DNA of 55,916 bases from an uncultured Candidatus Bathyarchaeia archaeon. Lineage in GTDB: Archaea; Thermoproteota; Bathyarchaeia; 40CM-2-53-6; CAYOZM01. The notes beneath the pieces were generated by a model. It had not been told where the DNA came from and did no database searches. It saw nothing but the letters and a program-made list of their open reading frames with translations. The stretch's first letter is position 1. The number at the start of each line of letters is the position of its first letter. Positions 1 to 8,403 of the stretch are shown here, one piece after another. The stretch lies in the NCBI GenBank assembly GCA_964408475.1, contig CAYOZM010000001.1:1-55916 (forward strand). Direction: 5' to 3'. Made by a program: the position numbers and the translations under genes.

Positions 1-167
1 TGTTCAACAGAATCACGTCTTCAATTGACTGAACATTACTCCAAGGAATCTCCACATCAACTCCCGTCTTCGAAGCAACTATGAGCGAGATTTCTTTCTC
101 CCCAATGCTGATGGCAACGTCTTTGACAGTGCCAACTAAGCTTCCTTTGACATCGATCACCTGCATT
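1..167 (-). CDS. PRC-barrel domain protein (partial; C-terminus runs off the window start)
   Basis: The minus-strand frame from ATG at 167 reads MQVIDVKGSLVGTVKDVAISIGEKEISLIVASKTGVDVEIPWSNVQSIEDVILLN..., a typical archaeal PRC-barrel pattern. It is open at the window edge, so it is absent from the ORF track. The listed 57..248 ORF is a different frame. Confidence 0.5.
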
Positions 168-329
168 CCGCGGAATCTTTGACTTGGGACAAATTTCTTC
201 TGCGAACTTTGACTCAAATTGCTTCACCTTCGACTCTATAGGTCTCACGCGCTTTGCTAATAATAGTTATGATTGTCGCCGCAAGCATATATGGAAGATG
301 AGAAGCTATTCTAAGATGAATTCGCCGAT

Positions 330-1049
330 GTGACAGTCGCGATGAATTCAGAATTCGCAGTCGAGACCGTGGATCTCGTGAAAGTATACAGGTCCGGAAC
401 CATACTCGTACCGGCGCTAAGAGGCGTAAACCTTAAGGTTCGTCGACGAGAGTTCGTCTCGATCGTTGGACCGTCAGGAAGCGGGAAGTCTACCCTCCTC
501 AATATGCTCGGAGCCTTGGACAAGCCTACATCCGGCCACGTCTTCATCGACAGAGTCGACATATTCAAGCTTGGAAACGATAAATTGGCTTCATTTAGAA
601 ATAAGAAAGTCGGATTCATATTTCAAGCTCACAACCTGATAATGAGAACCTCTGTCATAAGAAATGTGGAACTTCCTCTAATCGTCTCAGGTGTACCGGG
701 GAAAATTCGCAGACGTAGAGCCGCTGAACTCTTGGAAAAGGTCGGTTTAGGAGATAAGATCAACAGGAAGCCGACTGAGTTGAGCGGCGGGGAACAGCAG
801 AGAGTGGCGGTTGCAAGAGCATTGGTAAATGAACCTGCGATAATCCTAGGCGATGAGCCTACGGGAAATCTGGACTCGAAAACAGGAGGCGAAGTTGTGG
901 GCCTGATGCGAAAGATGGTACAAGAGCTCGGGACGACCTTCATCGCGGTGACTCATAACCCTGAGGTTGCTAATGCGACTGATAGAATTGTAGTGCTTCG
1001 TGATGGGCAGATTCACCATGAAGACGTTATATCACCACGGACGAATTAG
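330..1049 (+). CDS. ABC transporter ATP-binding protein (MacB/LolD-like)
   Basis: Walker A GPSGSGKST, ABC signature LSGGEQQR, Walker B ILGDEPTGNLD, H-loop VTHN. The start is GTG at 330 or ATG at 342. Confidence 0.9.
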   Translation: MTVAMNSEFAVETVDLVKVYRSGTILVPALRGVNLKVRRREFVSIVGPSGSGKSTLLNMLGALDKPTSGHVFIDRVDIFKLGNDKLASFRNKKVGFIFQAHNLIMRTSVIRNVELPLIVSGVPGKIRRRRAAELLEKVGLGDKINRKPTELSGGEQQRVAVARALVNEPAIILGDEPTGNLDSKTGGEVVGLMRKMVQELGTTFIAVTHNPEVANATDRIVVLRDGQIHHEDVISPRTN

Positions 1050-1085
1050 TAAGAGGATATATCTGAACCAAAGAGGGAAAAGCTG

Positions 1086-2030
1086 ATGAGAAAGACGGTT
1101 GAAACAAGCGTTGTCGTAGCATTGATAGTACTGACCGCCGCTTGTTGGTCAAATAACGTTGGAGTTGTGAACTCCGGTCCAGTTACGCGGTTCGCTCTAG
1201 ACGTGCAAGGAAATCACCTTACCGCAGGATTCAACAATACAGTCAAGATTGCATTGACAAACAAGGGGGAAAACGTCTACGACTTAGATACGGCTCTAAC
1301 GCTTCCTCCGCCGTTGACTCTCTCAGGCGATAACCATTGGCGTGCGCAGTCGGTCAAGAGAAATGGCTCATTGACGATTGAGACACTTATCTATGCACCC
1401 GCATCTGCTATAGGAAACACTTTCGCAGCATCTGTAGTTCTGACTTACAAGGAGCTGGGCTACGTCTACTATACCTCAGAGATGCATTCGTTAGGTTTCG
1501 TCGTTCATGGATGGGTGAAGATGGTTGCTTACGGAGTCGCGGTAAGCCCTGAAGAAGCGGAGCCTGGGACAGATGTGACAATCTCAGCGAATCTTTTGAA
1601 TCAAGGAAACGTGGCGGCTATGTACACTAATGTCACTCTTCTTCCAGCCGAATCTCTCATACTACGAGAAGAAAGCACATCGTATGTCGGCCAGGTTGAT
1701 CCAAATTCCCCAGCTCCCTTTAGTCTGACAGCAAGCGTGGACCCGAATGCCAAGAATGGAACCTATACCGTGAGGATCGCTGTATTCTATCAAGATGATA
1801 GACATATAGTGCATTCATTTATAATCAACGCGCAGTTCGACGTGGTCCCGCCCTCTCCAAAGCCTCCGCCTTCCACGAGTTTGAAACTAGAGGAATGGCT
1901 CATGAAAGGCGAATGGATTTACGTCGGCGGGATAGCGATCGTGATTTTGCTAGTGGCAGTTCTGATTCGTCGCGTAAGAAGAAAACAGCCTGAACTGAGC
2001 ATAGCGAGAGAACTTCCGACGAGGACTTAG
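1086..2030 (+). CDS. Exported CARDB/COG1361-like (S-layer-domain-like) protein with C-terminal membrane anchor
   Basis: It has an N-terminal hydrophobic signal/anchor and beta-rich repeats (PGTDVTISANLLNQGNVAA ... GTYTVRIAVFYQDD). A Pro-rich linker PPSPKPPPS precedes a C-terminal TM followed by RRVRRK. It sits between the ATPase and permease genes. Confidence 0.55.
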   Translation: MRKTVETSVVVALIVLTAACWSNNVGVVNSGPVTRFALDVQGNHLTAGFNNTVKIALTNKGENVYDLDTALTLPPPLTLSGDNHWRAQSVKRNGSLTIETLIYAPASAIGNTFAASVVLTYKELGYVYYTSEMHSLGFVVHGWVKMVAYGVAVSPEEAEPGTDVTISANLLNQGNVAAMYTNVTLLPAESLILREESTSYVGQVDPNSPAPFSLTASVDPNAKNGTYTVRIAVFYQDDRHIVHSFIINAQFDVVPPSPKPPPSTSLKLEEWLMKGEWIYVGGIAIVILLVAVLIRRVRRKQPELSIARELPTRT

Positions 2031-2047
2031 AAGGTATTTATGAAAAA

Positions 2048-3298
2048 ATGAATCCCTTCGATTTGATCGCCCTTTCATCCAGCGCCCTTAAAGAACGGAA
2101 ACTCAGGGCAGCGCTGACCATAGCCATGGTCGTTATAGGGGCCGGGTTGATAACCGCATTGAACGGGATGACCACCGGGATGCTCCAGTACATGGTCGGG
2201 CAGTTCAGCACTCTAGGTGCAAATGTGATAATTGTTCAGCCAGCGTCGTCATCGTTCAGAATGAGTGAACCAGTGCGCATGACTCTTGAACGCTTGCCCA
2301 ATGTTAAGGATGCCGCTCTCTTCATACAGCAGACTGCAAAGATACAATCCGGCGGTAAGACAAAAGCTTCTATAGTGGTAGGAATAGACCAGACCAAGCT
2401 GACACTAATCTTCCCAGCCATAGAACTGGATCGGGGGAATTTCGTTCCACCACACGACTCGATTGGCATACTCTTAGGCAACAGAATAGCTAATCCCACC
2501 GACATGTCAGTCCCATTCGCTCAATATGGCCAGTCGGTTACGATCGAATACAGCTACCTGGAAGGCCAAAAGATGATGACCGCGAAAAGAAGCTTTCGTG
2601 TAGAGGGCATTCTTGCATACATGGGCACATCAGCGATGTTCATTCCGGTCGACATGATGGCATCGATCTCCCTGGCCGCAGCCAACTCCTTGTTCAAGAG
2701 AGGGGGCGGATACGATGGAGTATTCGTCATAGCCAATTCACAAGATCTTGTTGAAGGCATCATGAAGCAGATTGGCAACATCTATGGCACAAGCGTTCAG
2801 ACGCTCTCGGCGAAGTCTATCATCCAGATTGTTCAAAACGTCTTGAGCATGTTTCAACTCTTCATGGGAGGCATAGCAGCTGTGTCTCTAGTGGTGGCTT
2901 CAGTAGGCATTTTAGCAGGCCTCTATACGTCCGTGATGGAGAGGACTAGAGAGATAGGCGTTCTAAAAGCGCTTGGGTTCAAGAACTGGATGATCCTTAT
3001 GCTCTTCCTAAACGAAGCAGTCTTGATAGGGGCTATCGGAGGAGCTATCGGAGACGCTGTCGGAGTAGTTCTCGGTCACGGGATGGCTGTATTAGCTGGA
3101 CAGGTGAGAGGAAGCTTCACACAACAGATTCCTGTGGAACAAGGTCCAGGAGCCATCGGCTACATCGGTCCAATCTTCCCTCTTGACGCTTTTGTCACGG
3201 TATGGCTGTTCTCTGTAGCGCTAAGCGTTTTCGCAGGGGTCTATCCTGCCTGGAGGGCGTCCAGACTCGACCCGGTGGTTGCTCTTCGCAAAGAATGA
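2048..3298 (+). CDS. ABC transporter permease, MacB/FtsX type
   Basis: One N-terminal TM, a large extracytoplasmic domain, three C-terminal TMs, and the FtsX-type tail YPAWRASRLDPVVALRKE. Confidence 0.85.
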   Translation: MNPFDLIALSSSALKERKLRAALTIAMVVIGAGLITALNGMTTGMLQYMVGQFSTLGANVIIVQPASSSFRMSEPVRMTLERLPNVKDAALFIQQTAKIQSGGKTKASIVVGIDQTKLTLIFPAIELDRGNFVPPHDSIGILLGNRIANPTDMSVPFAQYGQSVTIEYSYLEGQKMMTAKRSFRVEGILAYMGTSAMFIPVDMMASISLAAANSLFKRGGGYDGVFVIANSQDLVEGIMKQIGNIYGTSVQTLSAKSIIQIVQNVLSMFQLFMGGIAAVSLVVASVGILAGLYTSVMERTREIGVLKALGFKNWMILMLFLNEAVLIGAIGGAIGDAVGVVLGHGMAVLAGQVRGSFTQQIPVEQGPGAIGYIGPIFPLDAFVTVWLFSVALSVFAGVYPAWRASRLDPVVALRKE

Positions 3299-3416
3299 AA
3301 ATGCATCTCGTGCCCCTGTGAGACAGCGGCGTATCTCTTTGATCGCAGATTTGGCGAACAAACTTTAAGAAACATGAGCGACGAATAATACGCAACCTCT
3401 CGGATGATGAACTAGA

Positions 3417-3998
3417 ATGAGACCTCGCCCTACTTTTGGGGGTATCATTATACTGATCATCGGTCTACTCTTGGTGTTCTTCGGAACGCAGATCTATGTT
3501 GAACATGTGCCTAAACATGATGAAGGACCTTTGATCGAACGTACTGTGGCTGAAGTGGATGAGCTGTATTACAAGGATTTCAGTGCACGTATAGAAGTGA
3601 ATAGTAGTGTCAAAGACGTCGCGGTATCCATATACGGGTCCGCGGAAAGCATTGAAACTGGATCACTGACAGACATCAACTTCTACGTGATGAACGACTC
3701 AAACTTCCTGAAATGGAAGCATAGAGAGAAAGCTGACTACATCCTCACCTTAACCAAGGCAGAATTCAGAGTTGGTTTTGTCGTGAATGACACCGATACA
3801 TACCACTTTGTTATGGATAACACCTCTCCATCGGCTAAGAAGCGCGTAAACTTCGAGGCTAAATACTCTCGCACATTAATGATACCTGAAGAGCGTGAAA
3901 ACCGAACGCTGAATTATATTGGAGCAGTGGCGGCTGCCGCTGGGGTCTTGATCTGCGTCTACGGCATAAGAAAGGAGCCGATTATACCATGGAGGTAG
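3417..3998 (+). CDS. Hypothetical bitopic membrane protein with extracytoplasmic beta-rich domain
   Basis: N-terminal TM (IIILIIGLLLVFFG), C-terminal TM (IGAVAAAAGVLICVYG) and several N-x-S/T sequons. It is the last gene of the ABC cluster on the same strand. Confidence 0.5.
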   Translation: MRPRPTFGGIIILIIGLLLVFFGTQIYVEHVPKHDEGPLIERTVAEVDELYYKDFSARIEVNSSVKDVAVSIYGSAESIETGSLTDINFYVMNDSNFLKWKHREKADYILTLTKAEFRVGFVVNDTDTYHFVMDNTSPSAKKRVNFEAKYSRTLMIPEERENRTLNYIGAVAAAAGVLICVYGIRKEPIIPWR

Positions 3999-4133
3999 TG
4001 TGAGAGAGCTTCTTCTCCCGATGAAGACGCTCCTCCAATGATTGGTAACGCGAAGATTCAAATATACTGTCCATGCTAACACATATGAATGGCATAGAAT
4101 GTTCTGAGAGACTGCTATGGAAGGATAAATTGG

Positions 4134-4400
4134 ATGAGTGCCTTAACTAAGAAACAGATACTGGCAGATCGAACTCTTGCAAATCTGGTAGGTGTAACAG
4201 AGGGAACTCTGGTAAGCTACGCTCAGCTAACCAAGGCTATGCACGACTATATTAAGAAGAACAAATTGAGAAAGGGAGAGGAAGAGCTAGCCAAGCTAGC
4301 TTCTGCACCCCCTACCCCCTCATTAAAATACTGTTCCGCTTGCGGAGCCAAGATACCGGGTTCCGCAATCTACTGCGATACATGCGGCGAGAAGCAATAA
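4134..4400 (+). CDS. Small protein: SWIB/MDM2-like N-terminal helices fused to a C-terminal zinc ribbon
   Basis: LADRTLANLVGVTEGTLVSYAQLTKAMHDYIKKNKL resembles the first half of the SWIB consensus (LaaivG...R.eiiKkmWdYIKenxL). The C-terminus carries CSACGAKIPGSAIYCDTCG. Confidence 0.5.
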   Translation: MSALTKKQILADRTLANLVGVTEGTLVSYAQLTKAMHDYIKKNKLRKGEEELAKLASAPPTPSLKYCSACGAKIPGSAIYCDTCGEKQ

Positions 4401-4498
4401 GACGTAAGCATGGTTTTTCGGTTCTGGCGCTTTCACTTTACGTCGTCATCGGCTCTCTAACCTATACGACGAATCGAAGGTGAACCTTTCCGATTAGC

Positions 4499-4506
4499 TT
4501 TAAATA
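4499..4506 (+). promoter_or_regulatory. Candidate archaeal TATA box (TTTAAATA) for the HMGCS-DUF35 gene
   Basis: TTTAAATA lies about 60 nt upstream of the ATG at 4563. A GGCGGGAG ribosome-binding site is at 4543-4550. Confidence 0.35.
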
Positions 4507-4562
4507 CGCAGAGTCCTCTCTACCATTGACTTTAACCTTCTAGGCGGGAGAATTAGAAAATC

Positions 4563-6104
4563 ATGGCGTCGTATCGGGCGGGAATAATAGGGTACGGGGT
4601 ATACATACCTAGAGAGAGAATCCAAACTGAAAAGATAGTAAGGGAGAGGGAAAAGAAGCGGAAGGATCTGCCGGATTTCCTGCAGAAGGTTAGAGACGGG
4701 CTTCTCTTGAAATACAAATCTGTAGCCGGCCTATGCGAAGATACGACGTCGATAGCGACAGAGGCTGCGGAGAATGCAATTAGGATGGCGCAAATCCCTC
4801 CTGAGAAAATAGGATCAGTCGTCGTAGGCTCAGAGTCCAAGCCCTATGCCGTCGGGACAATAGCCAGACACATAGCGTCTTTTGTCGGAATAGGTCTAAA
4901 CGTATACGTATCGGACATAGAGGGTGCTTGCAACGCAGGGATGCAAGCTGTCAACTTTGTTGAGTCTCAGATTCAAGCGGGTGTCGTCGAATATGGACTT
5001 GCTGTTGGCGCCGATGTGGCGCAAGCGCCTAAGGGCGATCCGTTGGAGTACGCTGCTGGCGCCGGAGCAGGAGCGTTCGTCCTCGGCAAGAATGATCTCT
5101 TGGCAACAATAGAGGATATGGCTCCATACTCGAGTTTGACTATGGACTTTTGGAGGAGAGAAGAGTCCCCAGTGCCAAGACATTTTGGAAAGACCACGGT
5201 TGATGCGTACATTCGACACGTCATCGGCGCAATGGAAGAACTATTGAAGAAGCGTCCTGAACTGAAGATCAGAGATTTTGATCATATAACCTTCCATCAG
5301 CCGTCCGGATATATGCCCTTGAAAACTTGCAAGATGTTAACTCAGCCAAACATTCAGGTCCTAAGCGACAGAAGCCTGGAAGAGAGAATGAGGCTGACAT
5401 CTGAAGATATCGAACAGAAGGTGAAGCCTTGGCTCAGAGTGTTAGATACAGGAAACACTTACGCCGCATCAACTCCGATAGCGGTAGCATCGATTCTTGA
5501 TAAGGCGAAGCCAGGTGATGATATTCTAGCTGTCTCCTATGGTTCGGGAGCCTACACGATCGCAACGTGGTTAAAGGTACAGGATGGAATAGAGAGCAGA
5601 CGCGGTTTAGTGCCGAGCGTGGATAGCTACGTCAATAGAACAGTTGAGATAAAGTTGGAGACCTATCATGACCAATTGGGGGAGAGACTCAGGAGAGTTA
5701 GGAAACGACTGATGTTTCCAAGAATAGTAGGAGAGATTGAGCCGATAAGTTCTGAATCAATCGAGATTCTCATGTGCGATGGCTGCGAGCGGATATATTA
5801 CCCCGTACGAGAGAAATGTCTGGAAGCTGATTGTAAAGGAGTAGGTGAGAAGAAGAGTCTTCCTAAGAGAGCTCGGTTAAGATCATTCAAGAGATTGCCA
5901 CTGAAAAAGATCTTTACTTCAAACTACGATATTCTCAAACAAGGGAAGGTAATCTTGGTTGACTGTGGCCTCAAGGATTTGACACCAGGCATCGAGCTTG
6001 AACCTGTCATAAGAAGACTTGATTACGAAGGCAAAGATGGCTTGATAATCTACGGCCCGGGTTACCGGCCGCTATTCCGCGACGCTTTTCCTAGAACAAC
6101 CTAG
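4563..6104 (+). CDS. Hydroxymethylglutaryl-CoA synthase fused to a C-terminal DUF35 (zinc ribbon + OB-fold) domain
   Basis: The N-terminal ~350 aa are archaeal HMGCS-like: GIIGYGVYIP, VGSESKPYA, catalytic Cys in DIEGACNAG, HITFHQP, GNTYAAS, SYGSGA. The C-terminal ~110 aa carry CDGCERIYYPVREKCLEADC plus an OB-like tail ending IIYGPGYRP, as in DUF35 proteins. Confidence 0.85.
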   Translation: MASYRAGIIGYGVYIPRERIQTEKIVREREKKRKDLPDFLQKVRDGLLLKYKSVAGLCEDTTSIATEAAENAIRMAQIPPEKIGSVVVGSESKPYAVGTIARHIASFVGIGLNVYVSDIEGACNAGMQAVNFVESQIQAGVVEYGLAVGADVAQAPKGDPLEYAAGAGAGAFVLGKNDLLATIEDMAPYSSLTMDFWRREESPVPRHFGKTTVDAYIRHVIGAMEELLKKRPELKIRDFDHITFHQPSGYMPLKTCKMLTQPNIQVLSDRSLEERMRLTSEDIEQKVKPWLRVLDTGNTYAASTPIAVASILDKAKPGDDILAVSYGSGAYTIATWLKVQDGIESRRGLVPSVDSYVNRTVEIKLETYHDQLGERLRRVRKRLMFPRIVGEIEPISSESIEILMCDGCERIYYPVREKCLEADCKGVGEKKSLPKRARLRSFKRLPLKKIFTSNYDILKQGKVILVDCGLKDLTPGIELEPVIRRLDYEGKDGLIIYGPGYRPLFRDAFPRTT

Positions 6105-6261
6105 ATCTATTCTTCAACCCTCTAGAGAAGTCGAAGAAGGTAATTGACCGACAGAAAGCAAGACCGATCGTCAAAACAGCAAATTCCAGTCGTTCATTCT
6201 CCACTCTTTCCAGCTCTTCATTAATTTCTCGGTTTCGCTCTATCTCATCGACTTTAGTCTA

Positions 6262-6456
6262 CTACGTTTCCGGCTCCACTTCTCCGCATAATTTGCAATA
6301 TTTTCCTTCTTGGATGTCGTAGAAGTCTCCGACCTGGTCTATGACGACGGTGCTCTGGAACCTGTGTCCAATTATCTTACATAGCAGATTCACGATTCTT
6401 CGCCGTTCTTTGCTATTGTAGGCTGGCAATATATTAATGTTCCGATATCGGCACAT
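6262..6456 (-). CDS. Small Cys/His zinc-binding protein (hypothetical)
   Basis: 64 aa with CKIIGHRF ... CKLCGE. The C-x4-H ... C-x2-C pattern is seen in many small prokaryotic/phage-like proteins. Confidence 0.35.
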   Translation of the reverse strand: MCRYRNINILPAYNSKERRRIVNLLCKIIGHRFQSTVVIDQVGDFYDIQEGKYCKLCGEVEPET

Positions 6457-6552
6457 GAATGTATCGCGGAAACATAATAGACGAAACGTTAGCTGATCAA
6501 TATTTTTAATTGCAGACCAAACCTAGTCTTGATCATCATAGGGGCTAACTTT

Positions 6553-7710
6553 ATGGGCGATATTTTTCTCACGTGTGAAGAGGTAGAGTTTAGGCAGCGT
6601 GTAAGAGAATTCTGCAAGAGGGAGATCGCGCCCTTATCAGATTTGATCGAGAAGATGGGCGACTATCCACGCGAGATATTGAGGAAGATGGGCGGAGAGG
6701 GTTTTCTAAAGGTTCACCACAGGGTTGAGTCGGGAGGAACCGGTAAGGGTCTAAGCTATGAGGTTATTCTAGCCGAAGAGGTATCCGCTGTCAGTGCCTC
6801 TACAGAAATGAGCCGTTTAGCTTCAGTCACATTATATGGAATGCCCATAAGTCGATTCGGAACGATCGAACAGAAACGCACCTACCTAGCCCCGGTCCTC
6901 CTGGGCGAGAAGATAGGTGCTCTCGGAATCACTGAGCCCGACGTTGGGTCAGATGTGGCAGGAATGAAGACAAGGGCAGAAAAAGACGGCGAAGACTATT
7001 CGATCAACGGCGAAAAGCGGTTCATAACCAACGGAAGCATTGCAGACTTCCTCGTAGTGTTTGCTATAACGAACCCGGAGGCGCATGCGCACAAAGGCAT
7101 GAGCGCTTTTATTGTCGAGTCAAGCCAGCCGGGTTTCGAGGTTGTGAAAGACTTCGAGTTAATGGGTATGAGAGGTGCGCGAGTCGCCCATCTAAAGTTC
7201 AACAACTTACGGGTGCCTAACGAAAACCTTCTAGGAAAAGAGAACGCAGGGTTCAGTGTATTAATGGACGAACTGGATAGTGAAAGAACAGCTATCGCCG
7301 CTGGTATGGTGGGCACCGCTCGAGCGGCCTACGAAGTCGCCGTGAAGTATTCTACCGATAGAGTTCAGTTCGACGTGCCGATCCGGCAATTTGAAGGGGT
7401 CAGTTTCAAAGTGGCCGAAATGGCCGTTAAGATTGAAGCTGCTAGACTCTTGACACTTCGAGCAGCGAGGATGATCGATAACGGTTCGAGAGCGACAAAA
7501 GAAGCGGCTATGGCAAAGTTGTACGCAACTGAAGCCGCTGTAGATGTGACGAATGACGCTTTGCAAGTCTTAGGAGGGATAGGGTATAGCAAAGAATACC
7601 CAGTGGAACGCTATGTTAGGGACGCACGCCTCATGACCATAGGCGGAGGAACAAGCGAGATAATGAAATATCTGATCCAGAGGGAGGTCTACAAAGAGTT
7701 CGGCCTCTAA
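6553..7710 (+). CDS. Acyl-CoA dehydrogenase
   Basis: Full-length ACAD architecture: GALGITEPDVGSDVAGM, KRFITNG, and C-terminal GGIGYSKEYPVERYVRDARLMTIGGGTSEI. ATG at 6553 follows an AGGGG site. The ORF track extends to TTG at 6529. Confidence 0.9.
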   Translation: MGDIFLTCEEVEFRQRVREFCKREIAPLSDLIEKMGDYPREILRKMGGEGFLKVHHRVESGGTGKGLSYEVILAEEVSAVSASTEMSRLASVTLYGMPISRFGTIEQKRTYLAPVLLGEKIGALGITEPDVGSDVAGMKTRAEKDGEDYSINGEKRFITNGSIADFLVVFAITNPEAHAHKGMSAFIVESSQPGFEVVKDFELMGMRGARVAHLKFNNLRVPNENLLGKENAGFSVLMDELDSERTAIAAGMVGTARAAYEVAVKYSTDRVQFDVPIRQFEGVSFKVAEMAVKIEAARLLTLRAARMIDNGSRATKEAAMAKLYATEAAVDVTNDALQVLGGIGYSKEYPVERYVRDARLMTIGGGTSEIMKYLIQREVYKEFGL

Positions 7711-7723
7711 GCTTCATCGCGCG

Positions 7724-8164
7724 GTGTTGGTGCCTTTGGTCCTCTTGCTCGATGAGAAACATATAGAGGCGATTGTGAGGCAATCGGAGAGAGCCTTTCC
7801 AATTGAAGCTTGTGGAGTGCTAATGGGAACCGTTAAGACTCGAATGCGGGTAGTCAAGAGCGTCGAAGCCGCGGAGAATGTGGCACATTCAAGCTGCAGT
7901 TATAAAATAGCTCCTGAGGAGCTTTACCGAATATTAACGAGTGGTGAAGAAAGGGGCGAAAGCCTTGTTGGGTTCTACCACAGCCACCCATCTTGGGAGG
8001 CAGAGCTCTCGAAACTCGACTTGGAACTAGCTTCTTTCCCTAAAATCTCATACCTAATCTATTCCGTAAGGGATCGCGTACTAAAATCATACATTTGGAC
8101 GGGTCGGACATTCAAGAAGGAAAGAATCACAGTCTCCAAGCGTAAGATGACGGTTAATGACTAA
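7724..8164 (+). CDS. JAMM/MPN+ metallopeptidase (Mov34/JAB family)
   Basis: It has the catalytic Glu in IEACGVLMG and the complete JAMM motif HSHPSWEAELSKLD (H-x-H-x7-S-x2-D). 146 aa, GTG start. Confidence 0.8.
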   Translation: MLVPLVLLLDEKHIEAIVRQSERAFPIEACGVLMGTVKTRMRVVKSVEAAENVAHSSCSYKIAPEELYRILTSGEERGESLVGFYHSHPSWEAELSKLDLELASFPKISYLIYSVRDRVLKSYIWTGRTFKKERITVSKRKMTVND

Positions 8165-8190
8165 TCACCCAACATGAGGTCGCGAATTGA

Positions 8191-8361
8191 ATGCCCACTA
8201 ATCTCACTGTCGCAGAAGTGGCTAGGCAGATCCATTCAGATCTGTTTCGTAACTTCAAGTACGCGAAGATCTGGGGCGTAAGTGTAGAGTATAACGGCGA
8301 GAAAGTTGGAATTGACCATATGTTGATGGCTCGAGATATAGTCGAAATACATACTCGGTAG
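8191..8361 (+). CDS. Stand-alone DRG-type TGS (beta-grasp) C-terminal fragment, 56 aa
   Basis: My translation is MPTNLTVAEVARQIHSDLFRNFKYAKIWGVSVEYNGEKVGIDHMLMARDIVEIHTR. It closely parallels the C-terminal TGS of DRG GTPases (IHkdl...FKYAlVWG.SVKhnpqKVGkDH.LeDeDViqI). It is below the 60-aa ORF-track cutoff and lies 26 nt after the JAMM stop. Confidence 0.55.
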   Translation: MPTNLTVAEVARQIHSDLFRNFKYAKIWGVSVEYNGEKVGIDHMLMARDIVEIHTR

Positions 8362-8403
8362 AGACTCGAAATCGATTTATAATCGTATGAGCTTTCCATT
8401 TGA

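Noticed and set aside
57-248. 63-aa minus-strand ORF from the track (MRPIESKVKQFESKF...)
   Set aside because: Its composition is not protein-like. A different minus-strand frame over the same DNA gives a clean PRC-barrel sequence that runs off the window edge.
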